From: Haplodiscus bocki | Lineage: Eukaryota | Assembly: GCA_965655095.1 (NCBI GenBank) | Contig: OZ296648.1 | Span: forward strand, 123,008,001 to 123,072,000 | Reading direction: 5' to 3' | Length of the DNA: 64,000 nucleotides | In this document: positions 25,401-37,153 of the stretch, piece after piece | How positions within the stretch are numbered: position 1 is the first letter of the stretch | Layout of the letters: each line of letters starts with the position of its first letter | Position numbers and translations under genes: made by a program | The notes under the pieces: generated by a model | Seen by the model: only the letters and a program-made list of their open reading frames with translations | Told to the model about the DNA's origin: nothing | Databases searched by the model: none

Positions 25401-26419
25401 ATTTTAAACATTTATAGTGTACAAAATTAGAAAGATTTAAAAAACACTCTCTGTGAAAAATCCGTTACAAAAACAGGAAGACCTTGAAAAATTGACAGAA
25501 ATCAGAAGTCCAGCAAAAACTATCCGATCCGAAATTCAAAAGACGTGAGTGAAATCTTTCATACTGATGATCAAAAAGTGATCAAAACATCTATTTATCA
25601 GCAGAAGGAATCAAATGTGAAAATGGTAAAATCAAAAACAATTAGAGTTGAAATTTTAGGGGACGGCATTCGTCAAGGTTTGAGAAACTATGATGAAAAA
25701 ACCCAGAACTTTTGAAACTTTAGCTGACTTTGTCAACCTGATTTTGTCAGTGGACAGCAGTTTTGTGGAAACTGTGGAAGAACTTTTGACGTTAAGCAAA
25801 TGTAAGTTAATTTGGGTTAGTTCCTTTGGTTGAGAACAGATTTGAGATAAATGCAATTAACCCTCGAAAGGTTCTAAGATGAGGATCAAGTTGATTTCTG
25901 ATGATGGTGACAGCTATGATTTACTTCATCCACTTCTACCTCACTTTCTATCGGGGAAAACGTTTGCTAAAGATATGAACAAAGAGAGTGTATTTTTTAA
26001 ATTTTGTATGGTCGCGACCTGGGGTCTGTTTTTTGTTATAAAATTCGGACAGATATCATAACAATGGAGTGTTTCGAAGAAACACGGAGAATGAGAGCAG
26101 TTTTTTGAATTACAGGAAAGAATTTAGAAAAATATGAAACTCGTCTTCACTCCTGCTGATCCTAGTTATTTAGTCGCGGGCACTGAAAAAATGGGGTGTA
26201 AAGACTCGAATATTCTGATGCTGAGATTGCAGCCATAGTTTTTACATTTTCAGAATGAGATTGTTTTGAAAAAAGACCAACACCAGCGATTGCTCCGCAG
26301 CATCAATTCGAAAAAAAATGCCACAGTAGCGCAGACAAAATATCCTTTCGCTCCGAAGAAGAGATAATCTTTCTCAAAAGGGTCAATTAAAGTTTCTAAA
26401 ATTTTTTTTTGTGCTTTCG

Positions 26420-26950
26420 TTGCAATGCATTAATACTCTTCACCAACTAAACGACTAATCAAAAGAGAACTGATTTTTCTTCCCAGAATTTTTGACATGC
26501 ACATGTCTTTTTCTCGGCACTCATCAAATCCGGCTACATCATTAGGAAAATTCTGCATAATGTTAGCAGTGTGCTTAGAACAAGAAACCTGACTGTTATT
26601 TTTATCAAGAGTGGCACCCCAAAGACGTAGTGATAAAGAAGTTACATCACGAATGTAGATGCCTAACACGGGTGAAAAAAGGCGATATGTTTTTCAGGTT
26701 ATGGTCTACTTATCATCAAGTGCCAACATGCAATCTTGATTTTTCTCATTTTTGAATAATTCGTCTTTATATCATTATCAAGGTTCTGAATGGCAGCTCC
26801 AGTGAAAACTTCTTTTTTCTTCTATTTGGTTTGTTGAACTCACATGATAGATTTGAATTGATCACAAGACTTTTTCTGCCAAAGAAGCGGGCATTGAATG
26901 TCAAGTCAATCTCAAGAGTCTCATTTCTGTTGATTTTTCGATTAACATTC
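26420..26950 (-). pseudogene. Packaging ATPase remnant
   Basis: Decayed Walker A (LTFNARFFGRKSLV), Walker-B-like MLALDD, then NISPFFTRVRH, and NDVAGFD in ORF 26430-26669. Confidence 0.65.
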
Positions 26951-27199
26951 ATTTCGTGAAGGTTTCCGGTACTCGCTTTCTGAATTGCGTTCTCGTTTTG
27001 CAATATCGCCTAGGTTATAGTTATTGACGGATTCTCAGCAGCCTCCAGTTGCCACTCTGCCTTTCAGACAACTTTTACCTCTAATATGACCTTCTTCATT
27101 GGATAAAGAATATCACAATCAAGGTTTTTTTACATTCTGAACATTTTTTCATTTTGAATCAAGAAAAAGAATATGGTCGCGATCAGAAATAATGTTTTA

Positions 27200-28330
27200 C
27201 AGATTTTGAATATTCATAGTGCTAAAGCTAGACACTTATTAAGATCGAAACGAACCGCACTCTAAACATCAAACGCAGTAACTGGTTGAGCTCCCATATG
27301 TTTGCTTTGATTATTGTAATCAAACACAGAAAAGCTTTATATACTCTTGAAGGAAATCGAGTCTTTGATTAGCTAGTATACCCTATGTGCAGAGTGTATG
27401 AAAAAAAATTCTTCTCTCCATAAAATGCTCCGTGAGAGGTAATCATTAGCTAATGAAATGAAACAAAGTTACCAAGATGTGGATCTTATCCCGGTCTACA
27501 AGTATCTGTTGATACAGTTATCCAATATAAATTATAGTCGTCGGTTGTTCTTAAATCAATTTTTTCATGATGCAGAAACCGTATCGAAACGCAGGGTGGG
27601 AAACTGTTCGGCTTTTTATGCCTAAATCGAAAATCCAATTACCACTAACATTTAGTCTTTTGCCAAAAATAGTACGTTCTCCGTATAATACGTGTTGGAG
27701 ATCTTGATAGCTTTTGATCTTCAGAAAGTTGATCTGCTTCAAGACGTGTTATAAAACTTTCAAAGCAGCAGGAAATTTCTTGGAAACTTACATCTGCTGC
27801 TGCTGCAGTTCCTAAAATGACAACGTTGATACCGTTAAGTTTTGAAGTAGTTTGATATCTTAATTCAAATGTTAATTTGGTCAGCAGAACCAAAGACATT
27901 AGAAAATCGTTATTTTTTATGAAACGTTCCTCTATGGTTTGTTTCTTTTTTTTCGATAATTCTTTAATTCTTTTTCGCATATCTTTTTCAAATTGCTTTT
28001 GAAGCATGTATAGCAGCAGTTGATGTCATAAGTTTGTCCCTTAAAGATACCGGATGAAATTTTCAATTTTCTCAAGAAAGTTATTGAAAGCGGTGGCACG
28101 TTTTTGCTTCGCTATGAAAAAAACCACCGGAGCAAACATACCTAGGAAAGATCATGACCGTTAGCAAAAAACGTGGAAGCAGCATCATTTTCTGATACTG
28201 AAAATTCGAGAAAAATATAACTACTCTGTGGGTAGATGTCCCTCCAGGCAAAAAATTTGTTTCATTGCTACTGTTTCGGTTATTTATTGTGGCCAAAATT
28301 AGTTTGAGAACATCAAAAAAGACTGATTTG
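27200..28330 (-). pseudogene. Major capsid protein remnant
   Basis: QKLSRSPT and YGERTIFGKRLNVSGNWIFDLG (ORFs 27645-28007 and 27551-27742), plus SVFDYNNQSKHMGAQPV near 27300. These resemble the recalled adintovirus MCP (ILSKTPTEL.YVERSVF.K.V...NLW.FELG; YVFDIRYQ....SQPI). Confidence 0.65.
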
Positions 28331-28499
28331 TCAAGCTCGCTGCAAAGATTTTTGCTTTTTTTTCAAATAAATTTCCTTTTTCAATACGAGAATTTTCTTG
28401 TTTTTTGAAAAAACAGAAAAAAAGTTTAATATCTCCCCTTGTGCTTATTTTAAAATTCAGACACAGCAGTGAACGACTCCTAGCCTACTTGATATGTTT

Positions 28500-31400
28500 T
28501 GGCAACTTCTTGTTTGTTCTGAAACATCTTTTTTAAAATGAAGTGCATTATTTCAAAGGCGTAAGTTTTTCTAAAACTTATTTCTCTTTCCTTCGAATTT
28601 CAAATGCCGTTTTAAAAGTAATTGCTACATTGCAACAACTCCTGCTGTTATTGGTACTATACTGTGTTCAAATCCGGTTAGATTAGGTGTTACTGATGTA
28701 CCTGTCGATTCGATAAAAAAGAAAGTGAGTTGTGCTCATAAAGATATCTACTTTTAGTGTAGTTCTTCAAATTTCTTAATTTCACCTTCATTTTAAATTC
28801 AAAGCGGATTAATTTTGTTCATTGAATTTTCGAAACCAAAAACTTCAGTTACTTTCGAATTACAAATTCCACCTCTTTTGAGAATCAGTCTCAAAAACCT
28901 GGTTAACTGTTTCACTCATTTAATCTTCCAGTAATTTCAATTTTTTTGAAACTCTTTCTGTGTTCTTCGTCAACTTATGCATTTCCTCTCCAGCTTTTTG
29001 CATTTTGTTTGACCCTTGTTTGCTATTTTTCCCGGGTTTTGACAATGAAGAACTGACAAAAAACGAACATATTCTCGTGTTTTAATTTCCTAAGCATGCT
29101 TTTTCAAAGGATGTTCATCATTTAAATTTAATGAACGTTCGGAAACTCGATTTTTAGTTAGAAAACAATCAATTCTTCCATTCTAAATAACAATTTTCTT
29201 ATAACCCTCTCGGTTTCATAAATGGACCAAGATTGGTCTGTAGCGTTGTCGACAGAACCGCGACTGGCGCTGGTATCTGGTTTTAGCTACAGATATGTTA
29301 CTGTCGCAGCAATGTTTATTAAAATAACATCTTCGTCGGAATACTCGAGACTCGTTGTAAAAAAATTCAATTTAGAATAATTTATTTTCATCTTTTTCCA
29401 TTTTTTTCTGCTTTGTATGCGCTAACTTCGGTCGACTTTTTTGGTTTTTTTTCAAACCCTCAATCAATCTTGTTTGTAACGTTTCTTCTGTATAAACAAA
29501 CGTCGGCTGAATTATAATTATAGCTTTCTCCTTGATACGAAACATTTTTCTCGCCCAAATTTCCTGATGCAACTTCCATTCTTTGAATAGGAGAATGCAC
29601 TTTTTATTTATCTTATAACTCTTCCAACGTTTTCTGCTCTCGCTTCTGGCATTCATTTTCCCTCATAGTCTCTATTCTTCTTTTTTATTTAGTCTTTTTT
29701 AGCAGAAAATTTTCCAGTAGTAGCTGGCATTACATTTAAAGCGTTCCTGATGGCTGACACTATTGATGAGGAATCTTCTCCCATTTAAGCATCTGTTATT
29801 AAAAATTGAAAATTGTAATCTTTCAAAGTTGGTATTGTGTCTTCTTCTACCAACTTATCAACGGATGCACAGACTAATGCTGACTCCAAAAGTAAATAAA
29901 ATATTAGATTTCTGTTGATAAATTTATCTGAGTAGTACCGGTCAAAGATTTTCAAGAACTTCGGGGTAGAGTTTTTAGAGATCCATTGTACGTCGACGGG
30001 CCACTTTTTACTTATTATTGGTCCCAAAAAGCTTTGGGAGTTCTTCAAAAAATCACTTTTGCTTTGCTAGTAGTTTTTCTAAAACTATGTGTACTACTTA
30101 GGTTGACCATATTCCTAACCTTTCAAAAACTCTTTCTCTTTTGAATCAGGCCAACTCATTTCTTTCACTGTTCCTTTTCGCGGTAATTTAGAATTATTTG
30201 CCTGTAGTTCAAAATCCATGATATTTTATCCGTTCCATTCTGCCGTAGCAAGAAATTACTATCTAGATAAGATGCTTTGTGGAATATTTAGGAACGAAAA
30301 TTGAAATTCGATTGAACTTTCAACAATATAAAAGAGAAAAACTGTTTTTAGCTACCAATTTTCGAAATATTTTTCATTTATAATGTTGTCATAGGTTTCA
30401 ATACAAATTTGAAGTATGTTTGTTTTAATGTTAACCTAAAACAATGAATTTTTAAATTTTTGCAAAGTTCGAAACTAATGCACAAAATCACATTTTTTTC
30501 CTTAAAATGCAATTATTGCATGGGTAATTTTTATACAAACAAGCAACAAAAAGTCATAAAAATTAGAAGTGAAATTTTTAACTCCTTGAGAATCATGCAC
30601 AGTATGTAAGACGATTATTTTTCAATCAAAAGCAAAGAAAAAACGGAGTTTTGATTTAGATCAATCTTACATTTCATAATGGTTTATTACAAATGACGGT
30701 TTTTTGACTGGTTCATATCACCGTAAACGTCTACGCAGCTTCGATTCTTGATAAAACACCCCAAATGGGTCAGTAAAGTTTTGACCTTCAAATTTCTTGT
30801 ATCTTATAATAATTCCCGTGATTTTAGAAAGATTGAAAACAATCTTTTGGGTTCCATATAAGATATGAACAAATCGGGCAATACTTTTCAATTCTATACT
30901 TACTTCACTTAAAGTAGATCTGATGAAAATTAGGTTTTTTTGCAGTTTCTCATTTTTCAGTTCCCAATCCAAAAAAAACTTTTGTTTTAAATGCGGAGTG
31001 ATTTCGTCAATTTAAAAAATTTGCCACGAAAGTCTTCCACCCTATGGTCAACGTGTTTTTCGATAATACTGTTTTTTTCGTCAAACTGTTGAACAAATTT
31101 TTTATCAAAGTTTAGGCTTAAAATAACCAGGTTGTAAGTTACACTTTAATGGAAAAAGTAAAAGGGTTTTTTTTGTTTTCAAAGCTTTCCTTTACAGAAG
31201 AGTTTTTTGCGAACTTCTTGGATTTGCTGCTTTTTTGAAAAAATTTGCCTAAATTATATTTCTGCGGATCATTTAGTTCAAAAAAGAAATCAATATTACC
31301 CCTGACCGTTCTTTAAAAAGGCTGACCATCTGGGTCAAGCGTCTCGTACAGTTACGGTAATTTATCCTACTTTAGATTACATACGTTTTATTCAATTTTT

Positions 31401-31750
31401 TTCACCAACTTATAACAAAAATAACACTTTTTGTGTGACTAATAAGTTGTGTTACTGAAACATTCACTCCAAACAACGCAAAATTGACTGTCTATGAGAC
31501 TTTCAATTAGTTTGCCAACCCCCAGCAAATTTCTCAATCACTGCATGTCAAACTATTTGCGATACACTGTTTCACAAAAACTCATTACAACTACAAATAC
31601 ATACACAATTCACTGTTCAAAATCAACCTCATCCACTTCTTCGTCCTCGATCATACGGGCAAGGGGTCCAGGAGATAGGTAAACACTTTTGCAAAGCAGA
31701 TGAAAGAGGCGTAAATCACGCATTTTAGCTGACTTCATAAGAGAGTTTTT
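28500..31750 (-). pseudogene. Protein-primed DNA polymerase B remnant
   Basis: Colinear DNA homology with 14500-17750. ORF fragments 29372-29656, 29785-30048 and 30718-30972 fall at the matching positions. Confidence 0.55.
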
Positions 31751-32009
31751 CTTGTAGTTTTTTTGTTTGGACTCGATTTCTACTTTTCTAAATTTTTTTG
31801 CGAGGAGAGGGCTCAGCGGATATAAGTCAACTATCGCAAATCAGTAAACATAGGCCTATATTGCAAAATATAGCCAATTTATTATGACAATGTTTTTTTT
31901 TGTTGTGGCTTAATTTGTACGCTTTTGCTTGATTCTGCGGGTTGCGGGCCAGTGGATTTTGAACCAATTTTGAAAAAACTAGTAATTGTAAGGCTGAATC
32001 ATGCATTTT

Positions 32010-32580
32010 ATATGATTTTATATGACGAAGTAGAGATGTGATTCATTGCAGAAATGGAACATTTTCATGCTTTTCGGGTGATTTGAGTGGTTGGAAAGTA
32101 GAGGCAGAAATGCATATCTTCACACTTACAGTTTCCACGTTTAGGGCCGTTTATCGGAAGAGTGCTGAACGATAGTGAGATTTTCTACAACTTTACAAAT
32201 TGACCGTTAATGGCAGATAATCGAAAGTTCAAAATTAAAGGAATATAGGTTTCTGAAGTTTATGGTGGATAATTGAACTGCAGATGTTCGAAAACTTCTA
32301 GATGTTCCGGGAACACAGATTGAAAAAATTAGTAATTCGGCGGAAAAACGGGGACGAGAGATTGATGAGCAAGAAGCAAAATATTTGAACTCAAAAGACT
32401 GCCTTTATTCAGCCGACTGCTTTAATTGCTTCCCTAAATGTGTAGTCAGCTGAAGTTAGGAATTTAATTTGTTTCAGCTGAAGTTAGGATTTTAATTTGT
32501 TTTATTTGTTTACAATTCGACGCATCAAATCTCTCGGAAAAAAATCAAGAGTTGCAGCTTTAGTATCGAAATTTTAAAAA
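32010..32580. repeat. Unclassified interspersed repeat (partner of 17870-18420), with a local 28-bp tandem duplication at 32446-32501
   Basis: DNA homology to 17870-18420. The unit tcagctgaagttagga(a/t)tttaatttgtt occurs twice. Confidence 0.55.
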
Positions 32581-32907
32581 ACAATTACAAACTTCACTTG
32601 AAACCTAGTGAATTGCCGAATTTTCCAGAAATTGTTGTGGAGTTGTTACTACCACTGTAAAAATTTGGATGTGTTTTCCTTCAATTCAGTTTTTGAGTAA
32701 GTCTTTTTTTAACCTAAAGACTTCAATGCGTGGTGGAAGAAACAATGTTCTTTGAAGAAGTTGTTTGGAGACTTCAAACAACAATAAAGCAACGGTCTGA
32801 TTTTCTACTGCCCTTCTCAAATGCTCATTCGATGAGTATTCAAAAAACAACTTTTTGAAAAACTTTTGTCACGCGTGAGTTCCTGTTAATAACTTACTTA
32901 CTGCCAA

Positions 32908-33179
32908 TACAGTGGCAATCATGCGGATTTTAAGAGTCATCTTCTCAGCAAAAGGTTTAACAGCTTAGAAACTGCAATATCGCTTCGTATTGGTTAAGAG
33001 TTTTGCTCGATCCGTTCCGGAATTGACTTTGTTGTTGCTAATATAAACCAAAATTGTTCATGAAGATGTTCTAGTTCCTGTCTGTCAATTAGGTTTAACT
33101 CCAACTATTTCATGCATTTTTTGGATCTAAAGTTTGATTAGGCAAGAGCAAGTCTTGTAGGTTCCATTAAAACAATACA
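32908..33179 (-). repeat. Gypsy 3' LTR
   Basis: Ends ...gttccattaaaacaataca. Homology with 59758-60028 stops at this point. Confidence 0.6.
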
Positions 33180-33397
33180 CTGACCGGCTTCAATTTATTT
33201 TTCCCCCGCTTGTTTTGTTTGTTACTGTATGTTCTTTATACAATGACATGACAGTTTACTTTTACAACCGTGCTTTTGTCGGCTCAAATGGGCGTAAGGG
33301 GTGCAATTTTTCCCGCTTTTGTTTATGTTTCTCTTGTCAATAGGTGCGATTCAGGTAACAGCAGAGTCTGGTTTGGCCACTGAAAACCTTTAGCGTC

Positions 33398-35690
33398 TTA
33401 AAGTCGATCTAAAAGTTGATCTGCGACTACCATGAGTGGTTTTGGTGGAACTTCTTTTTGGTCCGGCTGGTGGAAGGGAAAGAGAAACTCAAGAATTTTT
33501 TTGTATCTGTGGGAACACCAAACATAATTTTTAGATAAAGGGCTTTGCGGAGGAGAAATACCACTATCCCAATAAGCAGATGGCGCTTCCACGATAGGTA
33601 GTAATTGAATACTTTCTCCAAGTATAGTTTTACAACTGTGAATTTGTGCGCAAAGCGTTTGGCTATCTGTTGTATTTTCTTCACAAACATGGTTGACTAG
33701 TACTTGTAATTTCAATCTTATTGAGCTCACCTTTTCCATGTTTGCTTCAACTTCAGTATTGTCGTAGGGCAGTTTCTCAATTGTTGGTGGTAGTCCGAAT
33801 AAAATCACCATTGTGACTGGCAGTTCGACATCCATTTCAATTTGTAGTCTTTGCAAACACGACGATAGGTCTGAGCGAATTCTAATGTCGTTTCCACCAC
33901 TAGGAAGTGTGGCCAAGCATCTTTTCCATCCTGGCTTTCATTTGCAAATGCGATTGTTGTTACAGTCATATATGTTTCTTTGAAATCAAGGTTTGCTCCT
34001 GCCAAGATGATTAGCCATATTCCACAACCCAGTTTTAATGACTCCTTTTCAAAAAAAGGGGTAGGGTTCAGTTTCTCAAACTTTCAAAGCAACCAATTGT
34101 CCACCAGAACTCGGTGTTGACAAACATGATCAGTCCAAGTTTTCAGCTGCTATTTTTCCGTTACATATTAATACTTACTCGAATCAATACATTTTCCAGT
34201 TGGTCACGAATTACTGGTGACGTTTTTATCAGGTCTTCTGAGGCTGCCAACTCTTCTTTTTCAATTTTCTTTTACATAGCTATGTCTCCTTCGACTTGAG
34301 GTAAAGGTACCACTTCAGTTCTGTACGCAGGGAATGCCGGGCGCCTTGAAACGAATGGGATAGTTATTGTCTTGAGCAGTCCCTCCTTGAGTGTCAGAAT
34401 ATCCAACAAAAGTCCTGATTCACAAATAATAAAAGTCCTTCTTTGGGAACAGTCAACAGAGGCAGTTCTCCGATTTCTCTTTTTCGTCATCTACCAGTTC
34501 AAGAATTGTTTTAAGGTATTCCTTAGGAAGAACTGTCAAAGGAAGAAACTGCGATAGTGGGGGCAGAAGAGAGTCCATTGTGTTCTTTGGGAAGGCAAAC
34601 AATACTGGTTTGTAAAACTGCAGATGAGTGAGAAGGGAGGGGATATGGTCTCAAAAAAAATACTTACTTGTTATCTTGCATTTGAGAGTTAATCGCAGTT
34701 CCCCATTTCCTGGAAAATTTCTTTGAATACGTCGAATTGATTCTCAATTTTTCCTCTGTTTCCTATGTGTGCTTCCATTATCTGGTTTTGGTTGTTATGA
34801 TAGGTTGCAATATCTTTAGCTACTTGGACGAACATTTGCTCTGTTGAGTCTGCCAAATTTTGTGGTTTGTCTCCTAGTGTTATGACATGCTCACCCAGTT
34901 TTTCAACGTTTGTTTCATTTGCTTGGGCCTTTTTTTAGCAGGAGTCAAAAATTATTTTGTTCCACAGTCGTCTGATGCACTAAAGATTTTTCCGGGACTA
35001 AATAAGGTACTGTGCCCACTGATCCAGCTGCTATGGGTGGTGCTATTCTACTTATTGCTGTTTTAATTCATCTTGAACGAATACACCGCGTTTTCGGTTC
35101 TCCTGTTCTTGAGGGAAGTAATGTTTCCCTCAAGGAGCTTGAGCTATGCAAACGTTTGTAGGGCCCGGAAAATCATTTTTAGATTGGTGACTAATTTATG
35201 GAAAAAGCAACATATGTTTTTCATTTTCAAACGGTGCAGTTTTTAGTATCTATATTGTGAATTACTTTTGAAGATATTTTTTGAGTTGAGGTTTTTCAAG
35301 TAGCTTCTTCTAAGTTTTCCACTAATTCTTCAAACGCTTTCATGAAAAAGCAGTCATCTTTCACGGTTCTATAGACGTTGTACAGTTTCTCAAAGGTATT
35401 TGATGGGTTCCGTACCATTGTCAATTTGCGTAACATAGGGATTCGTTTGTGATCCGTATACTACCATTCTGAACGATGAACAGCATCCTCATCGTTGGAG
35501 CTGAAATATTCGTCTGAATACTGTTTGTTTGTGATCCGGGATGTCCATTGTAACAATTTATGAATGTCACTTGTATCGGTACGCGAAAGACATTGACTCT
35601 GAATTGGTTACCCTCTGTTAATATTTGGCCAAAGGTTTTGCTGACTCGTTGCATCATCAGAGTGTTCTTGGGAATAATCTCCAACCACTC
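33398..35690 (-). pseudogene. Envelope / class I fusion glycoprotein-like gene remnant
   Basis: Fusion-peptide-like SR|IAPPIAAGSVGT (~35010-35055); long heptad-like AQANETNVEKLGEHVITL...QFDVFKEIFQEMGNCD (~34693-34928); Cys-containing ectodomain fragments; hydrophobic LLIGIVVFLLRKALYLKIMFGV near the C-terminus; located just before the 3' LTR. Confidence 0.6.
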
Positions 35691-36654
35691 AGTCTAATAT
35701 TAAGTTTTTATGGAGTAAATTATGAAACATGGTCTGCTTGTTAGAACCAACAATTGGTTTCCGTTGAAAAGTTTTTTTCGAAAGGAAAACATTCAAATTA
35801 GTAGTTGCCGTTTTTTTCTTTTTCCTGAAATTTTTTCTGACGCGCTGAGGTCAAGTCTGCGGAGCCCTGGGCGTCTAGTAAAACGCATGTAGCGGTTGTC
35901 ACAGCGGTGTAAAAGCCGTATGCGGCAGGTCCAAACCCCACTCGTGACCTCTTTTTTACGTTTTTTCAGATACTCGTTAGCGAGATCTCCCTGTAAACAA
36001 TAAAAAAGAAGTTTTTTTTGACAAAAATTTAAGGTTTTATGTTGAATGGGCTTTTTCCTCAAAAAATACCCCCTTTTAACTGGAACATTCTGTTCCTTTG
36101 CAATATTTTCCAAAAATTTGAGAAAAGCTTCGATTGTTCCTAAGAGACCAAAAATTTATCAATAAGCTATAAGTCTGTTAAAATGTCTGTTAAAATCCAA
36201 ACACAAAATTAAACGAGTCCACAACTTTTTCAATTTTTTTTGTATATTTTTCAAAATCCTAGTTTATCCAGATGCAAAAAATGCATCTGTTCTTTCGAAA
36301 ATACGTTGACTCCATCATATCGTTCCGTGATATCGACATTGAGACAATGACAAAACGCTCGATTAGTATTGATTTTGAATATCGGACTGTCAGTAATCCA
36401 ATGCAACGAGCAAAGTCAACAAATTTTGAATAGAGATTCTTTTTACAACCTAAAGGTTTCTCATCGAGAACCTAATAGAAAAAAACGTAGTTTATAGCTG
36501 TGGATGACGAAAAGAGATGAGTTTGACTACCGAGAAATGTTATTTTCAAGAGGTTTGTTCGGAAAGTTCGGACTTTCAGGATTCTGATGCACAGAACAAA
36601 ATCAACAATTTTTCTCCTCAATACTCCAGTACAAGTCTTATGTTTTACATTGGG

Positions 36655-37153
36655 TTCTTGATGGATTAAATATATTTTCTATTGGCTAAGGAGAACAAGT
36701 TTGAACTATGTGCGAATTGCTAAAATTACCACTTTTCGATTTCTCGGACTGTCAAGATTCTGATGCAATGAACATTCTTCAATCAAGATTTCAATCAAAA
36801 ATTCAAAAATACAGCACTTGTAGACGAGTATTTGATTGAAAATCTGTTAGTTTTTTTCCTTTGCTTGAGAATCCAGATAGTCTGAAGTATCCGAAAAAAC
36901 CGTTCAATGTTAGTTCCTCTCCGTATTCAAAATCAAAATTGAGGAAAACAGCGACCTTCAGTTCTTCCGTTGGGGTTGGCGTTGAAAAGTTTCTAGTTGT
37001 AAAGATTTTTGTGATAGGATAAGTGCCGATTTGTGTTCATTGCATCAGAATCTTGACAGTCCGAGAAATCGAAAAGTGGTAAATTTTGCAATTCGCACAT
37101 AGTTCAAACTTGTTTCCCTTAGCCAATAGAAAATCCATTTAATCCATCAAGAA
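36655..37153. repeat. ~120-bp near-perfect inverted repeat (arms 36655-36774 and 37034-37153)
   Basis: ttcttgatggattaaat...ctgatgcaatgaaca is the reverse complement of tgttcattgcatcag...atttaatccatcaagaa, with few mismatches. Confidence 0.9.

Larger units (their letters stand above)
22530..31760. mobile_element. Degenerate Polinton/Maverick (adintovirus-like) endogenous viral element, copy C
   Basis: Same gene remnants, order and orientation as 8612-17800, with DNA homology visible throughout. Confidence 0.75.

Noticed and set aside
8612-31760. Polinton terminal inverted repeats, 6-bp TSD and adenain protease
   Set aside because: Looked for but not found. The ends appear overwritten by other insertions.
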